A model generated the notes under the pieces. It worked only from the letters and a program-made list of their open reading frames with translations, did no database searches and was not told where the DNA came from. From Nemertoderma westbladi (lineage: Eukaryota > Animalia > Xenacoelomorpha), in the NCBI GenBank assembly GCA_032718475.1, contig JAUCBJ010001675.1, positions 1 through 56,758 on the forward strand: a stretch of DNA of 56,758 nt, read 5' to 3'. Each line of letters opens with the position of its first letter. Within the stretch, counting starts at the first letter, position 1. Made by a program: the position numbers and the translations under genes. Of this stretch, positions 25,838 through 37,960 are shown one piece after another.

Positions 25838-26905
25838 CCGCGGGAGTATCCCTCGTTAACGAAATTCTCCTCGCGTTCGGAGCGGTACGACCGGTAGTTT
25901 CGGATAACTTCTGGGTTAAACGCATACAGGGAGGTCTCTAGGAGGGCTTCGATGAATGATTTTTCCCCTGCCAATTTTAATACAAGAGTCGAGGAAGCAG
26001 AGCTGTGTAGTTTTTAATAATAAGTAATAATAAGCTTTTTATTTTTTCTGTTTGAGGTGGAGAGAGAAGGATAGTGAGGACTGGAAGGTGACTCCGAGAT
26101 ATTCGTAATGGCTGGCGAGTTGAACTTCGCGGTTGTTGTAAGTGAAGTGGTCGCTGCGTGCAATGCGGCCGCCTTTGCGGAATTTTACAATTTTTGTTTT
26201 GGTGAGGTTCACCTCCATCCCATTAGCGACACACCAGGTTTGGAGGACGTCAAGTGCAGATTGGATTTCGCGTTTGTTGCAGGAGTAGAACACTAGGTCG
26301 TCTGCGTAGAATATAAATTTAAGGAGAGCCACAGAGTTACGGAGGGTTGACGCCAGATCCGCAATGAAGATGATGAAAAGAGTCGGAGAGAGGCAGTCCC
26401 CTTGAAGGACACCACGGAGTTGGTGGATTATATTCGAGAAACGTAGGCCATCATAAACCCGGATGTAATTATCTAGTAGTTCCTTTACGATATCGTATGT
26501 CTTTCCTTTGATACCGAGGGCATATATTTTATGGAGTAGCTTGGCACGGCTTACAAAGTCGAACGCCTTTCGGAAGTCGACGAATGCCGCGTAGACGATC
26601 CGTTCTTCGCGGCGACTCGAGCGGAACGCTGATGCTATATCGCAGAGGAGTTTTGATATAGCTTGATTCGTAGAGCGACCGGGGAGGAATCCGTATTGTT
26701 CGGGTGGGATCAGTTGGCCAACATGTTGACGAATACGTTTGTTTAAAGTCGATGTTAGTATTTTAAGGAGAACGCAGAGAAGGGCGATGCCACGGTAGTT
26801 GTCCGGGTTCGATATTGCACCTTTACCTTTATACAGGATGTTTATAATGCTGTTCTTCCAGATGAAAGGAAGCTTGCCAACATTGAGACATACGTTGTAG
26901 AGCAA
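25838..26905 (-). mobile_element. Non-LTR retrotransposon fragment with an uninterrupted RT domain (26039-26905), truncated at both ends
   Basis: YKGKG...NYRGIAL, QYGF, FVDFRKAFD, GVLQGDCLSPTLF, FYADD and YEYLGV motifs. Confidence 0.9.
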
Positions 26906-27044
26906 AGTTAAAGTTACCAGAATATATTACCAGATATATAATATTAAATATACCAGTATATATTATAGATGAAATCTCGTATCTGCTGTACCTCCAAGTC
27001 TGTCTCGAGGTCGCACTATGGATGTATAGAACCGAATCCCAAAC

Positions 27045-27188
27045 TCACCTGTCACTACCCTCTGTATCCAATGAATGCGAGGACAGCACACCACTAATCA
27101 GGAAATCAACCAGCCGTTCCGATGGTATGTCGCAATTCCCTAATAAATCCAGTTCGCTACCATCGTCTGGGATGGGTGCAAGGGCATT
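27045..27188 (-). CDS. Myosin-XVIII-like tail, exon NALAPIPDDGSELDLL...EGSDR*; either terminal (TGA 27047-27045) or spliced at AG|GTGAGT
   Basis: ttttacag| acceptor in phase with the previous exon; acidic segment follows the LQ motif as in MYO18 tails. Confidence 0.6.
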   Translation of the reverse strand, partial: NALAPIPDDGSELDLLGNCDIPSERLVDFLISGVLSSHSLDTEGSDR

Positions 27189-27797
27189 CTGTAAAACCAA
27201 ATGGGCAGTTTACTTACCAATCTGGGATATTAATTACTACGGTTACAAGTTGTTTGTGCATGGGTATCAGGGTTTTATACTCTATGTTTACGAGGTCGAG
27301 TCTCGTTTTTGACTGTCATTGTTTTTATGATGGTCAACAGAACTAGATTATGTGATTCAATACGGCATGCCTCTTTAAGCGTATAATTTAAAACAGAGTA
27401 CATGAGCAGAGCACGGTGGAGAGGCATAAAATTACATTGACTCATGCTATCTTGGCTTAGATGTGTGTAAGGTATAAATAAGCCAATAATGACTAGTTGA
27501 CAGCTAGTGTAACCAATTTTATATGTGACGATGTTGTTGCAAGGGGCTCATCAACATGATGAGCTGATGAACAGCTGATGTGTAAAAAATGTGGCCTTCC
27601 ATGACGCGCATGACGGGGATTAAAAGTAGTAATGTGTTAGTATAGTAGTTAGTAGGTATATTAGTTTGAGCAGTGATAATAACATGAATGAGGGAAGTGC
27701 TGTGAACACACTCTCTCAGTCTCAGCTGAGAGCGGGTCTTCGGGAAGGACCTGACAGACCCCAGCCAGTAGGCCAAAAGAAATGGGACATATCTTAC

Positions 27798-27959
27798 CTG
27801 TAGATTTATTATTCGTTTATTCGCTATTCTCAGTTCTTCCTGCATCCCATCTGAATCTCCTCTTAACTCATCCAACTCATCTTGGACTCTTCTTAAATTT
27901 TTTTCAGCTTCTATAAGTTGTTTTACTTTTTCTTCATGTCGATATTCCCATTCCTTAAT
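27798..27959 (-). CDS. MYO18: Myosin-XVIII-like coiled-coil exon (IKEWEY...QEELRIANKRIINLQ)
   Basis: ttacag|ATT...CAG|gtaaga; aligns without gaps to recalled MYO18A LRDTKEEM...QADLKLAFKRIGDLQ. Confidence 0.72.
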
Positions 27960-28245
27960 CTGTAAATTGAACGGATATGCGGTACTTCCAAAACATTTTG
28001 TGGTATGGATATTTGACAGATGGAATGGGACTACATAGTCGATATATTTATTGTATATATACTATGTATATATTGTATATATATATATGTATATTTACTG
28101 TATATCAATATAGTATTAAACAGACAATGCAGGACCCTCAATCAATCAACCAACAATAATTAAATTATCACACTTGTTACAAACATTAGCAGCTAAGTTT
28201 AGAATAAATTTTGTATTATACAGTAGCTAAGCCTCCTAATTTTAC

Positions 28246-28413
28246 CTGTTTACATAATTTCTTTTCGTCCCTTTTTGCTTTTTCTCCCTTTTCTAATAAA
28301 TTATCCTGTTCCCTCGTCATCCGACTAATCGTCTCTTTGCTCCTTTCTACATGCGTCTCAGCTCGTTGTTTAGCAGCCAATAAAAAGCTCCGCTCACATT
28401 CCAAGTCATCCAC
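28246..28413 (-). CDS. MYO18: Myosin-XVIII-like coiled-coil exon (VDDLECERSF...KKLCKQ)
   Basis: aag|GTG...CAG|gtaaaa; aligns to MYO18A IRELETRLEF...RLKENMEKLTEERD...KRLQRQ. Confidence 0.72.
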
Positions 28414-28568
28414 CTTATTAAAATAATTATTTGATTACTTAATTTATTTTATTCAACTATTGGGCTTAATTTACTTGGATGTTTTTACTTCTAACAATAT
28501 ATAGAACGCCGTAATCTTTAAGTTATTAGTTTATTATGTTTGAATAACTATTTAGAATGATAACAAAC

Positions 28569-28676
28569 CTTCGCCTTCAATGAAGTTAATTCCCCTTTAT
28601 TTATCGCGTTATTTCTTTCGATTTTTATTCGGCCATTCAGAATTACAATTTCTTCCCCGAGTTTCGAGTTTTCTTC
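28569..28676 (-). CDS. MYO18: Myosin-XVIII-like coiled-coil exon (EENSKLGEEIVILNGRIKIERNNAINKGELTSLKAK)
   Basis: tttcttag|GAA...AAG|gtttgt, 108 bp, phase 0; same length and register as MYO18A KEKQELQEK...SRQEAK. Confidence 0.68.
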
Positions 28677-30683
28677 CTAAGAAAAATGAATTCAATCTGT
28701 TATATTAAATATGTAGTTTCCATGGTAATCGCGATCAAGAGAAATTAATGTATCCTGAAGTGTCCTACACATAATGAGTCGCTGTCTCCATCTTAAGTCG
28801 ATATGAATGAGGTGGATCTGTCATAAATTGATCATATAGCAAGACTTCATCAGGAATCATGTAGATAGTTTTGAAGTATTTTAAACCTACGCGATTATGA
28901 GTTGAAAGCAAGAGTCTCTCTACACATCCCAAAACAGGAGAGATACCCCTTTACTTGGAGACTCGGACCAGCTGATTTGTCTTAGTAAATATTTTATAAT
29001 CAAATCGCGTGGGAAATCTTCATACTATAATAGAGATGATTTACCAACTCGAACTCGAAAGCTCCTCCTATCATCATATCCTTGTTGAAAGTGATTTTTC
29101 ACTGCATTAAACTCGCTGGTTACAGTTGGTGTCAATTAACAGCCCTTTGGGCCTACGGCAATATGTCCGAGATTCTGCTAAATTTCTGAGATTATTTTTT
29201 TATAATAGCCCATTTAGCCCATTTGCCCATATAGCCCATTTGTCTAACATGAGATTCAAATATAGAGAGATATTAATTCTGAACGTTGTTTATGTGGTGA
29301 GCACGAGACAGCGGATCATTACATATTTAGCCTGCGTTATGCAGCCTGCGCACATTACAAACGAACAAATTCGTTGATGGATACGGCAGCATTGGAAGGT
29401 GTTACTTTAGTTCAATTGAGGTATTTTCGATTTGCAGATATTCAAAAATGCTTGCTGAACAATTAATATCTAGGGTGCTATCAGATCTAGCTCGAACTCC
29501 ACTGTATAAGTACGTACTATGTTTGTTTTCGGTACAGTGGGTTTATTTGTTGGTGGGGTAGTATTGGACTATGCAAACTAATAATGAAATTTAAATATGT
29601 AAATATGTATGGCCTCAAATATGTATAGTTCATAATGTGCCTCCAATTATTGCCCGCAAATAGGCGCTTTAACTAATAGATTAATATATAAGTCTTGAAT
29701 TGAAATAAATAGTTATGTTTTTATCTTAAGTCTATAATATACTGTGTCTCTTTTGAAGTTGTATTCAGCTTGTCGTTACTCATAATTAAGTATAGTTATA
29801 ACTATAACTACTCATAACATAACTAACCCACAATTTATGCGTAGTAGTCTATATTCTTCTTTTGGAATGTAGTGGATATACTAATCTCCGCCTAAAATAC
29901 CTCAGTAATTGTTACTGCACCAACACAAATTTTCAGAAGTTTGCAGAACTAATAGGAGCGACAAGCGATACTGACCTTATAAAACTAAGATTGTATATAT
30001 ATTACGCTTTCGGAAAAAGAAAATCTGTTTTGGGATACTAGAATAAAACGTATTAAACTGAAATTAATTTATATACTGTAACACAATTTTAGGCGATGGT
30101 TATAATATTTTTAATCGCATTATTTCATACGTTCCGCCTATTCTCAGACTATTACCGTAATAATATTAATTTTATCTTACTTCACAGTACTCATACACTA
30201 TTTTATAATTATCAAGCCATTGATTCTGTTTTAAAATGTTCCAAATTTACTGTATACTGTAAATGTACCTCTTCTTCTTTCATTCTCTCATTTCGTTCAT
30301 AGCCGTTGCTCTGTGCATGTTTAGATTAGGGCCTCCCTAAATCAACTATTATTATAGTACCACATTATTGCTCTTTACATTTTGTTTGTGCGATGATCGT
30401 ACTGTGTAATTAATACTACAGTGCAGTATATATTTCCCCTTGTAGCCTTAATTGGCTTTGTGGTGATTAAAAAGAGAAAGAAAGATTATAGTACTAGTGT
30501 ACCGACTAATGTACCGACTTTGGATCGAACTGTGAATAGTTTAGTCAGCTTCAAGAGCCATAGTGTGTAGGTGTAGGTACAGGGCCTCATGTTGAGTCAT
30601 ATTGACTCAACATATGAACACATATGAACATATTTTGAACACAACATATGATTGAATTTCCGACAATATTAATTAAGGCTTGG

Positions 30684-33600
30684 ATTCCACCAACCCCCTT
30701 CGTCGTCCATTCCTCCAACCCCCTTCGTCGTCCATTCCTCCAACCCCCTTCGTCGTCCATTCCTCCAACCCCCTTCGTCGTCCATTCCACCAACCCCCTT
30801 CGTCGTCCTTTCCTCCAACCCCCTTCGTCGTCCTTTCCTCCAACCCCCTTTCGTCGTCCATTCCTCCAACCCCCTTTCGTCGTCCATTCCTCCAACCCCC
30901 TTCGTCGTCCTTTCCTCCAACCCCCTTCGTCGTCCTTTCCTCCAACCCCCTTCGTCGTCCATTCCTCCAACCCCCTTCGTCGTCCATTCCTCCAACCCCC
31001 TTCGTCGTCCATTCCTCCAACCCCCTTCGTCGTCCATTCCTCCAACCCCCTTCGTCGTCCATTCCTCCAACCCCCTTCGTCGTCCATTCCACCAACCCCC
31101 TTCGTCGTCCTTTCCTCCAACCCCCTTCGTCGTCCTTTCCTCCAACCCCCTTTCGTCGTCCATTCCTCCAACCCCCTTTCGTCGTCCATTCCTCCAACCC
31201 CCTTCGTCGTCCTTTCCTCCAACCCCCTTCGTCGTCCTTTCCTCCAACCCCCTTCGTCGTCCATTCCTCCAACCCCCTTCGTCGTCCATTCCTCCAACCC
31301 CCTTCGTCGTCCATTCCTCCAACCCCCTTCGTCGTCCATTCCTCCAACCCCCCTCGTCGTCCATTCCTCCAACCCCCTTTCGTCGTCCATTCCTCCAACC
31401 CCCTTCGTCGTCCTTTCCTCCAACCCCCTTTCGTCGTCCATTCCTCCAACCCCCTTTCGTCGTCCATTCCTCCAACCCCCTTCGTCGTCCTTTCCTCCAA
31501 CCCCCTTCGTCGTCCATTCCTCCAACCCCCTTCGTCGTCCATTCCTCCAACCCCCTTCGTCGTCCATTCCTCCAACCCCATTTCGTCGTCCATTCCTCCA
31601 ACCCCCTTCGTCGTCCTTTCCTCCAACCCCCTTCGTCGTCCTTTCCTCCAACCCCCTTCGTCGTCCATTCCTCCAACCCCCTTTCGTCGTCCATTCCTCC
31701 AACCCCATTTCGTCGTCCATTCCTCCAACCCCCTTCGTCGTCCTTTCCTCCAACCCCCTTCGTCGTCCTTTCCTCCAACCCCCTTCGTCGTCCATTCCTC
31801 CAACCCCCTTCGTCGTCCTTTCCTCCAACCCCCTTCGTCGTCCTTTCCTCCAACCCCCTTTCGTCGTCCATTCCTCCAACCCCCTTTCGTCGTCCATTCC
31901 TCCAACCCCCTTCGTCGTCCTTTCCTCCAACCCCCTTCGTCGTCCTTTCCTCCAACCCCCTTCGTCGTCCATTCCTCCAACCCCCTTCGTCGTCCATTCC
32001 TCCAACCCCCTTCGTCGTCCATTCCTCCAACCCCCTTCGTCGTCCATTCCTCCAACCCCCCTCGTCGTCCATTCCTCCAACCCCCTTTCGTCGTCCATTC
32101 CTCCAACCCCCTTCGTCGTCCTTTCCTCCAACCCCCTTTCGTCGTCCATTCCTCCAACCCCCTTTCGTCGTCCATTCCTCCAACCCCCTTCGTCGTCCTT
32201 TCCTCCAACCCCCTTCGTCGTCCATTCCTCCAACCCCCTTCGTCGTCCATTCCTCCAACCCCCTTCGTCGTCCATTCCTCCAACCCCATTTCGTCGTCCA
32301 TTCCTCCAACCCCCTTCGTCGTCCTTTCCTCCAACCCCCTTCGTCGTCCTTTCCTCCAACCCCCTTCGTCGTCCATTCCACCAACCCCCCTCGTCGTCCA
32401 TTCCTCCAACCCCCTTTCGTCGTCCATTCCTCCAACCCCCTTCGTCGTCCTTTCCTCCAACCCCCTTTCGTCGTCCATTCCTCCAACCCCCTTTCGTCGT
32501 CCATTCCTCCAACCCCCTTTCGTCGTCCATTCCTCCAACCCCCTTCGTCGTCCTTTCCTCCAACCCCCTTTCGTCGTCCATTCCTCCAACCCCCTTTCGT
32601 CGTCCATTCCTCCAACCCCCTTCGTCGTCCTTTCCTCCAACCCCCTTCGTCGTCCATTCCTCCAACCCCCTTCGTCGTCCATTCCTCCAACCCCCTTCGT
32701 CGTCCATTCCTCCAACCCCCTTCGTCGTCCATTCCTCCAACCCCCTTCGTCGTCCTTTCCTCCAACCCCCTTCGTCGTCCATTCCTCCAACCCCCTTTCG
32801 TCGTCCATTCCTCCAACCCCCTTCGTCGTCCATTCCTCCAACCCCCTTCGTCGTCCATTCCTCCAACCCCCTTCGTCGTCCATTCCTCCAACCCCCTTCT
32901 TCGTCCTTTCCTCCAACCCCCTTCGTCGTCCTTTCCTCCAACCCCCTTCGTCGTCCATTCCTCCAACCCCCTTCGTCGTCCATTCCTCCAACCCCCTTCG
33001 TCGTCCATTCCTCCAACCCCCTTCGTCGTCCATTCCTCCAACCCCCTTCGTCGTCCATTCCTCCAACCCCCTTCGTCGTCCATTCCTCCAACCCCCTTTC
33101 GTCGTCCATTCCTCCAACCCCCTTCGTCGTCCTTTCCTCCAACCCCCTTCGTCGTTCTTTCCTCCAACCCCCTTCGTCGTCCATTCCTCCAACCCCCTTC
33201 GTCGTATATTCCTCCAACCCCCTTCGTCGTCCTTTCCTCCAACCCCCTTCGTCGTCCATTCCTCCAACCCCCTTCGTCGTCCTTTCCTCCAACCCCCTTC
33301 TTCGTCCATTCCTCCAACCCCCTTCGTCGTCCATTCCTCCAACCCCCTTCGTCGTCCATTCCTCCAACCCCCTTCGTCGTCCTTTCCTCCAACCCCCTTC
33401 GTCGTCCTTTCCTCCAACCCCCTTCGTCGTCCATTCCTCCAACCCCCTTCGTCGTCCTTTCCTCCAACCCCCTTCGTCGTCCATTCCTCCAACCCCCTTC
33501 GTCGTCCATTCCTCCAACCCCCTTCGTCGTCCATTCCTCCAACCCCCTTCGTCGTCCATTCCTCCAACCCCCTTCGTCGTCCATTCCTCCAACCCCCCTC

Positions 33601-34552
33601 GTCGTCCATTCCTCCAACCCCCTTCGTCGTCCATTCCTCCAACCCCCTTCGTCGTCCTTTCCTCCAACCCCCTTCGTCGTCCATTCCTCCAACCCCCTTC
33701 GTCGTCCATTCCTCCAACCCCCTTCGTCGTCCATTCCTCCAACCCCCTTCGTCGTCCTTTCCTCCAACCCCCTTCGTCGTCCATTCCTCCAACCCCCTTC
33801 GTCGTCCATTCCTCCAACCCCCTTCGTCGTCCTTTCCTCCAACCCCCTTCGTCGTCCATTCCTCCAACCCCCTTCGTCGTCCATTCCTCCAACCCCCTTC
33901 GTCGTCCATTCCTCCAACCCCCTTCGTCGTCCATTCCTCCAACCCCCTTCGTCGTCCATTCCTCCAACCCCCCTCGTCGTCCATTCCTCCAACCCCCTTC
34001 GTCGTCCATTCCTCCAACCCCCTTTCGTCGTCCATTCCTCCAACCCCCTTCGTCGTCCATTCCTCCAACCCCCTTCGTCGTCCATTCCTCCAACCCCCTT
34101 CGTCGTCCATTCCTCCAACCCCCTTCGTCGTCCATTCCTCCAACCCCCTTCGTCGTCCTTTCCTCCAACCCCCTTCGTCGTCCTTTCCTCCAACCCCCTT
34201 CGTCGTCCATTCCACCAACCCCCTTCGTCGTCCATTCCTCCAACCCCCTTCGTCGTCCATTCCTCCAACCCCCTTCGTCGTCCATTCCTCCAACCCCCTT
34301 CGTCGTCCATTCCTCCAACCCCCTTCGTCGTCCTTTCCTCCAACCCCCTTCGTCGTCCTTTCCTCCAACCCCCTTTCGTCGTCCATTCCTCCAACCCCCT
34401 TTCGTCGTCCATTCCTCCAACCCCCTTCGTCGTCCTTTCCTCCAACCCCCTTCGTCGTCCATTCCTCCAACCCCCTTCGTCGTCCTTTCCTCCAACCCCC
34501 TTCGTCGTCCACTCCTCCAACCCCCTTCGTCGTCCATTCCTCCAACCCCCCT
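30684..34552. repeat. 25-bp C-rich/G-rich minisatellite (~150 copies)
   Basis: Unit CCATTCCTCCAACCCCCTTCGTCGT with A/T and +T variants; it contains no stop codon on either strand. Confidence 0.98.
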
Positions 34553-35131
34553 CCCATTTTTTGAAGTGTGAGTGTGAGGACTTGATAAACGCAGATAATT
34601 AATATTATGAAATAAGGAATAATTAATAATAATAAAACAACACAACTTGAGTTTAGTTCACATAATATAAAACACAATAAAGATTACAATGCAATAATAT
34701 AGTAAATCCTATAGTAATACCTATCACCTAATGACATACACCAAGGCAACACAAGTTCAACTTCAAACCTTTTGTAAAGTTTAATTTATTGAATTTCCTT
34801 TCAAAAGAGACCAGCAATTTATCATGGAACATGTATGGAGCTGAGATATTAACAATAAAAGTGTAGAACATGTTTTATTTACCAATATATTTAGTAATAC
34901 ACTTTATCATTAAATGTAATGTTGCAAATGTTTATATTTAAGCACAAACAAGCTACTTGTTTCTATGACTACCTAACCGGCATTTTTCGTTATTAGGAGT
35001 CTAATATATGTTACGTTTGGTATAATGATAGCTCAAATATTATTCAATATCTTGTCCGGACAATAGGGGTTAGGTTTGAGTACATGATAATGATGGGAAT
35101 TAAGGGTCATAGTTTAAAAATCTAATAGTTT

Positions 35132-36739
35132 TTATTGTATTTTCGTCTTTCTTTTGTGGCACTTGTTTCGACAGAATCGACAGCAGTACAGAAGTAACGT
35201 AACGAACATTACAACTCCAATAAATACAAACAGCAACACGTCAATGAGAAAATATTGGAAGAAATTCAGATTGTGAGCAGCAGATCGAAGATGTTGTGAG
35301 CCATGCTGGATTACGTGTTCCGTCCAAAACGTAAATGTTTCTATTGGATGAACGGGTGTAGATTTCATCAGTTTCGACAAATATTGAGCATTTTTGGAAT
35401 ACGATTCATTCATAAGGACCATTTGGATTTTGTCGTAGAATTGTTCACCAGTCAATGTTTTCATGTGACTTATCAAACTGGCCATACCCCTTCGTTCTAA
35501 ATGAACCAAATTATATTCAGCATCAGGACCAATCAGGAAACTAAGTATCGGAACCCCGTTATAAATTCCCTCATAAAGACTGCTGAGACCGCCGTGTGTA
35601 ACAAACAATCTTGTCGCTGGATGACCTATTAAATCGTGTTGTGGGAGCCAATCAAGAAAGTGAACATTACTTGGTAAATCTTTCCTGTCGAATCCCTTGA
35701 TTGCACGACAAAAAACTTGCTGTTTCACCTTTGCAAATCCAAGCATCAACTCCTTTATAAATTCTTTAGGTAACGATTTCACAACAGATCCTACAGAAAA
35801 CACAATAATTCCATGCTCTTTAGAGGAGTCTATAATTTTCATAATACTATCAGGTAAGGGTTTTGGTTTACTCAATTTAAATCCTCCTATATATGCGACA
35901 TTTGGCATTGATGGTCTGGGATATTCGAAGATTAAATTTGTATAAATAAATGTGAACTCTGCCTGGGCGAAAGTATCAAACATGCTAACATTTGGCTGAA
36001 TGTCGAGTTCTTGTTTGATGGTGTCTCCAGCCCATAACAGTGCGTAATCTCTGAAGATACTTCCAGCAGAATAAACCAAGACATTAACGAATCGTTGAAG
36101 GAAACTCATCTTATCTGTAAATCCAGTTACTGATACAGGAACGTAGGATAAAGGTGAAGGAACATTGCCAATGTGATAAAATAGCGCGGGTTCCATCGGG
36201 AGCTGAGTGCCAGGAATAAAGTTAATGTAACGAATTCCCAACTTCTGTGCCATTAGATTACCACAACCGAAGGGCCCAATATTGATCACAGCCATATCCC
36301 ATTCCACTTGTTTTAGTTTGTCAAACATGTTATCATCAGTTAAGATGAGACGGCACATTTCCGAACTAACATCCATTAAATCTTTGAAAGTGCCAGATAA
36401 CATGATATCCACAGTAGATTTTTCTTGAACTTTATTGTCAAATAACGATGTAGCCAATTTCTCAGCACGTCTGTTTAAGTTGGTTTCCGTAGTACTATTA
36501 CCTCCGTATTTATAAAGCGTATAATTCGCATCATTTACTATTTTGAGAGCGTGTCCCGCAGTCATACCAACATTGTGACCTCGGGCAGCTAATGCTTTAG
36601 CCATTTCATGTCCCAATAGATACTGACTACGTCCAACTGTGGACACACCAGGAATCCATATTAAGATGTTGGAAGATAAATTACTTGGAATCAGGGTCAA
36701 AACTATAATCACTATACTTGTTAAACTTGTTTTAATCAT
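35132..36739 (-). CDS. UDP-glycosyltransferase (GT1, animal UGT family), single coding exon; possible upstream ATG at 36766
   Basis: Signal peptide, EYPRPSMPN, UGT signature WLPQHDLIGHPATRLFVTHGGLSSLYEGIYNGVP, HLRSAAHNLNFFQYFLIDV, C-terminal TM and a KxKxx tail. Confidence 0.95.
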   Translation of the reverse strand: MIKTSLTSIVIIVLTLIPSNLSSNILIWIPGVSTVGRSQYLLGHEMAKALAARGHNVGMTAGHALKIVNDANYTLYKYGGNSTTETNLNRRAEKLATSLFDNKVQEKSTVDIMLSGTFKDLMDVSSEMCRLILTDDNMFDKLKQVEWDMAVINIGPFGCGNLMAQKLGIRYINFIPGTQLPMEPALFYHIGNVPSPLSYVPVSVTGFTDKMSFLQRFVNVLVYSAGSIFRDYALLWAGDTIKQELDIQPNVSMFDTFAQAEFTFIYTNLIFEYPRPSMPNVAYIGGFKLSKPKPLPDSIMKIIDSSKEHGIIVFSVGSVVKSLPKEFIKELMLGFAKVKQQVFCRAIKGFDRKDLPSNVHFLDWLPQHDLIGHPATRLFVTHGGLSSLYEGIYNGVPILSFLIGPDAEYNLVHLERRGMASLISHMKTLTGEQFYDKIQMVLMNESYSKNAQYLSKLMKSTPVHPIETFTFWTEHVIQHGSQHLRSAAHNLNFFQYFLIDVLLFVFIGVVMFVTLLLYCCRFCRNKCHKRKTKIQ

Positions 36740-36877
36740 TTTATTATTGAGTATAGTGATATGCATCAGTTTCTTCTGTGGTAGTGATTTGTGACCTTTT
36801 AACTTCCATTCTGATACTCATTACTCCTCCCATATTTTTTGAAATACACCTACTCTACTCATTAATCCTTCCAAAGA

Positions 36878-37342
<465 letters not shown>

Positions 37343-37344
37343 GT

Positions 37345-37960
37345 AGTGGATTGCTCATATTGAATTATAACTGACACATGAGAGCAACATCCTGCCATGG
37401 ATCATCAACCAAATTAGCCAAGCTATCCTCTACTAGATCAGCAATAGTTATGACTATTTCTATTAACTTGTTTAGTAATGCTGTAAGATGTTGTTACAAT
37501 GTTCTTGTAGAGATCCAACCCCAGTGTTTTTTGAGAGACGTCCCAAGAAAGTCATATCGTCATCAGGCTATCCACCCTGCGTATTATCTCGATGAGTACG
37601 TCAAAGCCCCAGATTGCGCATAGGCTTGTCCTCATGACGAAAGCAATATCATTTGAAGCAGTAGGTGGCTCTGTTCCATTGTCAAACTTGGGGTGACCAA
37701 TGAGACACCTCCAATGTTGTCTATTGTCTGGTTGGAGATGTGTGTATATTGTACTTACAGTACAGACATTTCCTGAATTAACTGTCAAAATTTTGCTCTT
37801 CTTGATCTGACCAACATTAGAAGCAGCCTGTCCTAATGAGCTGCAGAGTCGTAGTCCAAGATCATCAGCAAAGTCTACATCAGTTAGGTACTTAACTACA
37901 TTTCTTCGACTTTTGGAGCCAGTGGGTGGTACATGGAGTTACCATAACCCCCATCATCAT
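37345..37960 (-). mobile_element. Highly decayed RTE-like LINE fragment
   Basis: Minus strand near 37900-37850 reads KYLTDVDFADDL (RT motif); downstream remnants are frameshifted. Confidence 0.55.

Noticed and set aside
26969-27312. Plus-strand ORF as the DNAJC13 last exon
   Set aside because: Phase-compatible AG exists, but the peptide has no resemblance to DNAJC13 tails and is antisense to the MYO18-like exon.
30267-30308. Possible 42-nt minus-strand exon (SNGYERNERMKEEE) of the coiled-coil gene
   Set aside because: Weak acceptor and no clear similarity to MYO18; cannot be supported without RNA data.
30587-34677. Five ~1300-aa ORFs on both strands
   Set aside because: Artefact of a stop-free 25-bp repeat; every frame gives the same cyclic peptide.
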